From the NCBI RefSeq assembly GCF_009914755.1, contig NC_060928.1: a DNA stretch of 64,000 nt; one strand, given 5' to 3'. Every line of letters begins with the position of its first letter. The stretch's first letter is position 1. The notes beneath the pieces are model-generated. The model saw only the letters and a program-made list of their open reading frames with translations, made no database searches and was not told where the DNA came from. Made by a program: the position numbers and the translations under genes. Shown here piece after piece: positions 53,760 through 64,000 of this stretch. The DNA comes from the human T2T-CHM13v2.0 reference genome, Homo sapiens.

Positions 53760-55564
53760 TGGACTCTGTGCGTGTGTGTTGTGAGAGGGAGGGGTCCTCT
53801 GAAGGATAGAGGACATGAAGGATTGCTGTCTGGTGCTGCATTTGTGGGGAGTGGTTTAGGGGCCAATGTTTCCCCCTTTTAAGGGTAAAAATCATAATTG
53901 AGACCATAGCTAGATGCCTGTAAAAGGCAAGTTGGGAAATGGTAATTCAAGTCACAGCAGCTAAAAGAAAAGGGAATGTTTGTCATTGCAAAGGTAATTG
54001 AAAGGTATTGGACTGTTTTGGAATATAAATTTTTATTGGCATTGGGGATCCCTTATCAGGAATGTTTCTTCAACAAAACAAAAGCATTTTATAGTTCAGA
54101 TGACTATTGAAAGGTAGAAGAAGAATTTATGCTTTTAATGGTTTGGTTTGGGAAGATTCCATCACTGTACTAAAAAGAAAATACATTTATTATATACTCA
54201 AAAGATTTGTTCCTGAAGGATCAAATAGGGAAATAACAAATCTGATGCTATGGGATTATGTAGGAGTATAAAATATAGCACATGAGAAATTTTAATACTT
54301 TTTTAAAAACCTGTTTTTATCTAAAAAGCAATTTTCAGCTCATAAAAAAGTGATAATCCAAGTGTTAAGAGCACTTTTTACTGTAGAAATGATATAAATT
54401 ATGCATAGATTCCCTGGAAAGCCCTCAAAAGTCTGCTAAATTCCTGTTGCCACCAAATATTGTTTCTTTGGGGAAATATATTCTGATTCCTAACAACCAA
54501 CAATAATCATAAGTTTTAAATCTCTCCTCTCTCCTCTCATGCAGTTTATGAAACGGGCTGCTTTTCTGTTTGTAGCTGAGGCCACAGGAGCTGGAGGGAT
54601 TGCAAAGACCTTTATTAGAGCATCCATCTGGTGACCCTGGCAGGGAAACTTAGGATCTAACCCTAGGATCTGGCTAGGGCTCTGTAACTGACTGTTAGCC
54701 AGCCCTGCCTCTCCAGGATAATTATATTTATAGTGGCTTTGCCTCAGGAGGTTTCTGGAGGTTGATGACCATGCCAATTATTAACTCCTTAGCTTCCTAA
54801 TGTAGAACATTTAGGAGTGACAGGAGTTGTTTTCTTTGCTTCTCAACAGGTGCCTACCTATTGGGCCGCCTTTGTACCTTGAGTTTTCAGTTAGCAAAAT
54901 GTGAATTGTATGAACTAATTCTTCCTTGACCTCACAGGTGGTGGTAAGGATTCTTGAAAAGTGGGTAAGATCCTTAGAAAAAAGATGTTCATAAAGTGTG
55001 ACTCCTAGGACAGGATACAAGATAAATTCTGTCCCACAAAGCACCTCATATTTTGTATAATTAACTATCTTCATGGCATTTGCATTTTCTACAGTTCACT
55101 GATTTTACCTCTTCAGCTTTATTTACTATGCTGCTTTTTTGTGTTAAAGTGAATTAGTGTGTCAGCTTAAAACACTTGTGGTGAATAATTCATATCATTC
55201 AATAAGCATTAACTCTTAAATGTGAAGTCTTATCAGCCAGGGCTGTGAAATATAATTGTCAATGGTGATAAACAATTATGCTTTGGTTTTTAGTGAATGA
55301 AAAAATTAAGAATGAGGGAACCTTAACATTTTTAACCTAAAAGATTGTATTTTGCCAACTTTCCTTGGGCAATTTGTGAATACTGCAAATCTCAGGCATA
55401 TGTCATCAGTGATTCTAAAGGGATTGTATTTGTTCCTGCATTTGTTCTTGAGGGTAAAATAGCTTTTCATTTGAATGATGCTTTTGAGTTGGCAGCAGGA
55501 CAGGGATCAGATAATTTGTTGTTGTTTACAGATTATGTTTTACTTTATTGTGATGTAATTATAG

Positions 55565-55987
<423 letters not shown>

Positions 55988-58357
55988 TAGTGCTCTCGCA
56001 CTTTTAGGATACAACTTTTGGTGAAAGGAGACCTCATAGTCAAGTAAGCAAATGTCTTATTTTATTTGTCAGGCACAGATGCTTGAATAAGCTATATTTT
56101 CCCCTTGTTTTTAAAAGGTTTTGAAACAGCTGCATCCTTCTGGGAGTGGCATAATTGTTACAGTCTTTACTCTTGATAAAAAGAAAAATACCGTGTTACA
56201 CACATTTGCTCTTATGAGAACACAACCTCAATCAGCATCGTTTTCATACATGGAAAAAACTCCTGTTGCAAGTGCAACCTCAGAAAAAATATTTCCTGAG
56301 GGATCCCACCCCCTACTTAATTAAATTCATTCAAATGATGATGTAATCCCAAGAAACGTATACTTTAACAACAAAGGAATTACAACAGAAGTACTGGAAA
56401 CCATCTGCTTGTTCAACTTAGCAAAGACAAAAAACAATTATCCTCTTTTTCTAGACATAACTGTTGGTGTAATGGTTATCAAAATAAATGATTAATAAGG
56501 ACATTATATATTTTTAAGTTACAGGTTAATGAGCAAGCATCTCCAAAAAAAAAAAAAAAAAGAGTGCCAAATTTCTTGCCAGTAGACTTTAAGAAAGATA
56601 CCCTAAACAAAAATATACTTAACATCTATTAATGTTTTCGGAAGGGAAAATGACTGGGCAAGTGTGTTTATTGGGCTGCTTGAAATGTTTTTAAGTAAAT
56701 TTGAATTCAACATCAGTGCTAGGCCTTCAAAAATTGAAAAGTGGTCCACATTTATATTGCTTTCTTTTATTTATGTATTTATTACCTTCTTTTATTTAAA
56801 TCTTGTTTATTTCACATTGTTTTGTCCGGTTTTCAGTCCAAAGCTGTTTGGGATGAGGGTTGGGAGACAGACTAGTTTAAAAATCAAAGTAACTGGTGAC
56901 TTCCTGTCTACCTCTCTCCCTTCCTCCTCACCACTAACCTGTATGATGGGCAGGTTAGTGGTGAGGAGATACATTTCAGAAGACTTTTGAGCAGTGGCAG
57001 CCCAGAGTGGCCCCAAGATTGAATTAAAGGTTATTGCTTGAATTTACACTTTGTCCCTAAATGTCAGGGATTAAGGCAAAGGCCAAGTAATGGAAATATG
57101 GAAAACAGTTGCAAGGGATGGGAGGAGGTGCCTGTAGGAATAGTAGAATAGTATCAAGAATTATCGGGTTCCTCTTGGTTGTGCTGATGCCATAGGTTGC
57201 CAATGAAATTTTCACCAGCTTCTTGGCAGAAATTCATTGACTTGGGCTCAGAGGAGGCTCTTTGTCTTTGTTCCTGGCTTGAGATAAAGCCGAGTCAGCC
57301 TTACAGCTGCAGAGAAGAGGCTGAATTAAAAGAAGCTGAAAAGGGGCAAAAGAGGCATCCAGAGAAGGTCCCAGTAGTCCCATCTCAGTACTATGAGTTG
57401 TTGCTTGTTAGCAGCTGGATGTGAAGTTACCAGGTTGTGATTCAGCTGGAGAGTGAGTCTTGGAAATCACTGGGGCTCTCTGAAGGAACAACATGAGTTG
57501 TTTGTATTTGACAGTTGCTCTGAGTGGTCTCGATTACTTATCCAAACATTCACGATTCCCTCAGGTAAAATTTTGTCTCCAAGGCTCTGACACATATGCT
57601 AGATGGGCTCATGATAGCTAGTGAGGAGCTTGCTTTTGGATGGAAAAGGATTATTTGTGAGAAACCTATACCCTTTGTTTTATATTAAGAAAATGCAAGA
57701 CTTGTGTTAGTGTTCTTTGTTTAAAAAATCATGTTTGCCTCTTATTTGCCAGAAGAAACATATATGTAAATTCTGAAATAGGAGATAGCTGTGATAAACT
57801 GACTCATTTTCTGTTATTCTGTTACTAGAGATTTTAAAGCTAGTGATTATTTAAATGAGTAGGGAGAGTGTGGTCCTAACAGATTCCCTAAAGTCATGGA
57901 AAATTAACAGTTCAAATCAGTAGGCTATAATGAAACTTGGTGAATTTTCTAAAAGCCCATAGATTTAATGCAAAAGACCCTGAAGCTCCTTTTCTTAAGA
58001 AGTCCAGTGAAGCTTTCAGAGGTTTTCCATCTATCAGTGAAACTGAAATGCAGAGGTCCTCTCAAAGCAGATTATATTAAAGTGTGCTTAAAATACTCTT
58101 CTGATTGCTTTTAAACAGCATGATCCTGCATAGGCAAACAGCTTCTGGAACTGGCATATAGTATAATTCTTTTCCTCCCACTGAATTTTCACAAAAATGT
58201 ATATGATTGTGGCATGGTTAATACTTTTCAGAAATTGTACATCAAGGCAGTGCCTGTAGCCTTTAGTCTTTTAATGGGGAGATTGAAATGACAACTTGAT
58301 CTCTTGAGAATTTCAGTACAGAAGAGGATACGTGTTTTGAGCATGTATGTTTACTAA

Positions 58358-58609
<252 letters not shown>

Positions 58610-58781
58610 TGAGAAAAATAGAGCCCAATGTTAAGAGAAGCTCACTACAATTGCTGGATAACAAGTAAGTCTTTAATTTAAAGAACAAATACACTGACTT
58701 AACTAATGAAGATCTGAGAATAATTTTGCAGTTATCTGTTTAGATCTTTAATACTTAATAATTTTTAACTGATGATGAAAA

Positions 58782-59076
58782 TTTTTTTTTTGTTTTTTTT
58801 TGAGACGGAGTTTTGCTCTGGTCACCCAGGCTGGAGCACGATCTTGGTTCACTGCAACCTCCACCTCCCAGGTTCAAGTGATTCTCCTGCCTCAGCCTCC
58901 TGAGTAGCTGGGATTACAGGTGCACACCATCACGCCCGACTAATTTTTGTATTTTTAGTAGAGACAGGGTTTCACCATGTTGGCCAGGCTGGTCACGAAT
59001 TCCTGACCTCAGGTGATCCGCCCACCTTGGCCTCCCAAAGTGCTGGGATTACAGGCGTGAGCCACTGTACCCAGCC
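58782..59076 (-). mobile_element. AluSx-like
   Basis: Reverse dimer with poly-T. Confidence 0.92.
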
Positions 59077-59799
59077 AAAAAGAGTATTTTTAAATGAACA
59101 AAATGGTATTTAGAAACAATAAGTATAACAGTACTGAAGTAGAGTTTTCACTGGTGATTTCCAAAGTTGGAAGTTGGTATAACTGGGCTGTCCAAAGGCT
59201 TTCTTCTGTAATTAGGATAGATACACATAAACCCCGTCTGTTTTTCAGCTCTTATGTATGTGCAACTACAACTGGAACAAACTAATAGAATTTCTTGCTA
59301 TTTGTTTCTAACTTTGTTACTAAAAGGAATTGAGGCACAAGTTTTTCCCCTTCTCAGCCTGAAGAACTTGCAAGCAGAAATGAAAAATTTCTTTCCCCCT
59401 TTAGTAAAGGGTGGGTCTTTGATTCCAGCGTTGTATATATCCTTAGCAGTGACCGAGTGGAGGATGCCATCATTCTTCCAGCTCTACATAGGCAAGTAGG
59501 ATAGACTTAAGTGAGCAGAGAACTCAGGTAAATAAGTTCGGTAGACTCTCTGAGAAATCTGTTAGAATCCACAGCCACCCTGGCAAATAAAACTGCTCCT
59601 AAATAACCTCTCATGAAAGAAAGTGCTTTGCTGCTGCACTCAACACATGGCATGGGTCATGCAATTTATATAATGTTTATGCAAATTGAAGTTAAAGTAC
59701 AGTTTGGTTACTAGGTATGTCTTGTTTCATTTTAGTGCTTTTTTATTAAAATAGGAGATACTTATTAAAATAGGAGTTGCTTATATTTTTAAGTACTTA

Positions 59800-60085
59800 A
59801 AATTGATTTTGTCTCTATGACACATTATACAGTGGTAACTGCATGTCATTATACATTTATCCAAACCCATAGGATGTACACCATAAGTGAACCCTGACGC
59901 AAACCGTAGACTTTGGTTGTAGGTCTGTAGGATGAATGTCGGTTCATCAGTTAAAACAAATGTGCCACTCTGGTGGGGGATATTAATAATGAGGGAGGCT
60001 AGGAAGGTGTGGGGGTGGGGGGCATATGGAAAATCACTCTGTCTTATACTCAGTTTTGCTGTGAACCTAAAACTGCTTTAAACAT
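59800..60085 (+). mobile_element. L1MC/MD 3' fragment
   Basis: catgtcattatacatt..ccaaacccatag..tttgctgtgaacctaaaactgct. Confidence 0.7.
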
Positions 60086-60092
60086 CGATTTA

Positions 60093-60414
<322 letters not shown>

Positions 60415-60907
60415 TTGGTGATAAACTCAAAGGACCTTTCTTGGATGTGCAGTGTCATAAATTGGAATGTACACCACTTTAATCATTATGATTTTTTAAA
60501 TCTTTTTTATTGCCTCTGTATTTTATGGTTCCTGATTATCTCTTGAACATCTTATCAAACATAATTCTGAGTCAATGAACACTCTGGTTGGGGGAAATAA
60601 CCCCTATCTCACACATCTGTGGAATTTATATTTGGGGACCAGGATACCAGGAGAGAATAGGCACAGTACCACACTATTAGGAGCATGTGGACCCAGTAAC
60701 TATTATTACTAAACCCAAAATGTCTGATTTCAGGAAACAGATCTTTAAATTGCTTTAAGATTTTTTTCATTTAAATAGCTTTAATTTTTTTTTCCTTTAT
60801 AGTTTATAGTCAGTTAATATTTTCACGAGGAAGGAATGTTGGCCATTTTTTTTCTTCCCCCCGCTTTTTTTTTAACTTGTTTTTAACCTTTGGTGATTTT
60901 CCTAGAG

Positions 60908-61117
60908 CAGGGGTGAACAAACTACAGCCCACAGGCCAATTCAGCCTGCTATCTGTTTTTGTAAATAAAGCATTATTGGACCACAGCTGTATTCATTCAT
61001 TACATATTGTCTATGACTGCTTCTGTGTTACAAGGGCAGAATTGGATAGTTGTGATAAAGATTATACAGCCCATAAAATCTTGCTGGCCTTTCACAGAAA
61101 AAATTCATCAACCTCTG
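60908..61117. mobile_element. MER58A hAT-Charlie MITE
   Basis: caggggtgaacaaactacagcccacaggccaa...acagaaaaaattcatcaacctctg; partial 8-bp TSD (cctaga). Confidence 0.82.
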
Positions 61118-61366
61118 ACCTAGATGAATAGTATTTTGAAGTATCCTGATAGCTGATAAAAGCCTTCTGCTAATAATGTTGCAGTCTGCTTTAAGATTTG
61201 GCACTTGTAAATCACTAAAGTTTTGCTCTTTGAATTATAGCAAATTGATGTGGTAGAGTTGCTTAGCAAGCAGGGAAGATAGTGTATGTTTTTAGCTAAC
61301 TACTTACATATGTAAAGCGACTAACTTATGTGTGGGTTTTTTCATGAGTATTTTCCTTGTTTTTTT

Positions 61367-61390
61367 TGTGTGTGTGTGTGTGTGTGTGTG
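61367..61390 (+). repeat. (TG)12 microsatellite
   Basis: Read directly. Confidence 0.95.
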
Positions 61391-62492
61391 TTTGTTATTG
61401 TTGTTTTGTTTTTTACCAAATTCTAAAGTAAAGTGCATTTTAGTATTTGTGGAATTTGATGTTAAGAACACAGAGGTGCTTCTCCCTTAGCAGTTGTAGT
61501 CTGGGCTTCTGATGTGGACTTTCTTTCTTTTCCTCCTTTTATTATTGTACACCCAAGACTTCATAAACCTCAGATCATTATATATTGGTATGCTGGAAAT
61601 ATATGGTTTGTATTCCTGGAATCTCTAAAGGAGTGGTACAAGAGGTTTTACTACAGAAGGAATTCATCTTTAAAACCTTTTAGTTGCAAATGTTTAGAAC
61701 CATGTTCTGTTTGGAGATTTGTTAGTCTTAAGAGATTTGACTTAACAAGCTGCATCCTGTCAGTAAAGTTGGGTAATTTCCATTGTTGGCCCATTCTGGG
61801 AATGGAGAGACAAAACACACCTGCTCTGCATGACTTAAAGCAAATATAAGGAAGTTAGCATGAAATCTGGATGAGAAAGATATGATTCATTCTGTAAGAA
61901 TGGCCAGCTGGCAAGATTTCTTCCTGAGTTTGAGAACTGGAGCAACACTGTAGCTGTGATAGTTATTGGCAACTTAATATGAGGTAAAGTAACTTCTTAT
62001 CAATAATTAGAAACTGATTTTCATGGCTTTGAATAAGCATAGGCATACTTAGTCTTTGCCAAAAGTAATTCATTTTTATGCCAGTACCTTTGGCATATTT
62101 TCAGTCTTCTATTGTTCTCTTCCCACTTATTTTTTCACTTGTCACTTGTGTTTCTTTAGATGGTGAGCCAAAGTCTGTGGTAGGGGTGATTTCCATTTCT
62201 GCATATTACAGAGCAATTAGCATATTGTTAATATTCAGCAAAAGTTTTTGCTGTGCTTCCTTAGCTGGTGTTTTGGTTATCTGATAGTAATTGGAGAAAA
62301 TTGTTCTCCAATTTTCTCCAATTAGGAGAATAAGGAGAGTGTCATATTAAGAAGTACCTGCTTTAAACATCATAGAAAAACTGTATACATTATAATAGCA
62401 ATTGCTTTTCCAGTGTCTTCATTCCATGATCCTGAGCCAATTCAACAACACGGTTTCAGTTTTTGAGAGCCTGAGGCACTAACCTTGGTTGA

Positions 62493-62750
<258 letters not shown>

Positions 62751-63149
62751 TAACCTCTTTCAGATGTTTATCTGTTGTGTCCCTGTTCCTCCAGAGCTGA
62801 CTTAAAATCATTCCTGTAACAAACTGTTGTAGCAAAGACCAGGTAATGTTCACTTGCTGCAGTTTGTAAATATTTTTCCAGTTTCTGCTATCTGGAAGCT
62901 CTTGCAGTCAGTGATTTTTGTGGTCGATCAACTCATAATATTGAAATTAATTAGTTGAAATTATGATTTGCCATTTTAAGACACTATTCTGTATGATATT
63001 TTGCTGCAGAATAAATTGGCTGTTATAAAATGAATCACAACCTAAAATTAAAAGCAAATTACAGTTAATTGCTTAATTGTATTTCAAATGAATACCATAA
63101 CTCAGTAAATAGAAAAGAAAGAACTAGATTTTAGCACAAACATCGTGCA

Positions 63150-64000
63150 AGGTGGCACGATAGAACCCTGCAGTGATTGTACCCCCACAGGGACACCAAA
63201 TTGAACAACTGTCCATATAAGACAGCACCTTCAAAAGAACAAAAAATCAGGCATGGATATATTTATAATAAGAAAAAATAAAGACCAAAAAACAAGCCTA
63301 GTAAGTTATGAATATAGTAAGTGACTATATATCCTCAGCCTAGGCTGAGTGGAGTAGATAGAGTAGGGGTAGGATTTCAAATAAATCCCGAACTCTTTTT
63401 AGTAAACTTGATTATTTCATAGCAGTATGAGTGAAACCATTCTGAAACTTTCATATGTAAAGATGAAGCAAATGACTAAATGTGTGGATATTGTTGGGAG
63501 CTTGGGTTTCCACTGTGGAAAACAGACATATAAATGCGGAGGGGAGCAAAAAGTAAACCCTGTGAAGGAGAATAGAAGTATCAGTGCAAAATTCTGATTT
63601 TAGTAATACATATGTGTATGTATGTATGCATGTTTATGTTCTCATGTATTACGTATGTGTGTATGCATGGGTATGTATATGCGTTTTTACTTGCGTATAG
63701 TTTCTGATCTGCCTTGCTGAAAGGGCCCAGAAGCATACATACCCAGTAGCAATAAGCACATCTAGTGTTCAGATCATCATCGCTAATACCATGTCCCACT
63801 AAAAGGAACTAGGGCTCCTTGAAGAAATGGCTTACCCCTAGGCTGGGATAGGTAGGCATAGGAGGACCCTGGAGCATCTTGTTGTGGCAGAAAGTAAAGA
63901 AGTGCTTATGGAACTCATGGGGCATGCCTCAGGAGCCAACTTAGAGGGCCTTCCACTGGCCAACTCTCAGACAATTTGAGCTCCAAAATAATTACAGTGA
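63150..64000 (+). mobile_element. L1M fragments (short 5'-end-like piece followed by L1MC/MD 3' sequence)
   Basis: caccaaattgaacaact..agcaccttca..aaaaatcagg; cccactaaaaggaactagggctccttg..ggaaagtaaagaagtgct. Confidence 0.6.

Overview
Human genomic DNA (an AluYa5 is present) spanning most of the SMAD1 gene on the + strand. The window opens in the 3' flank of the CpG-island promoter and candidate non-coding first exons, crosses a ~31 kb first intron, and contains coding exons at 31891-32466 (ATG 32067; MH1 domain), 55614-55871 and 58392-58508 (linker), and 62515-62736 (start of MH2). Together these encode residues 1-332; the remaining exons lie beyond the window. The rest is intronic and rich in Alu, L1, L2, MIR, MaLR/MER21 LTR, Tigger, hAT and MADE1 elements. 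Almost all other ORFs in the track are repeat-derived or spurious. I see no convincing new multi-gene system. The best leads are regulatory or evolutionary: a strong-context uORF, several routes to MH1-only or linker-deleted SMAD1, a candidate antisense spliced exon, a young AluYa5, a MER6 element carrying a fish-type V-SINE, a twin-primed inverted L1, and several G4, hairpin and switch-like motifs. Repeat family names and repeat boundaries come from recalled consensus sequences and are approximate.
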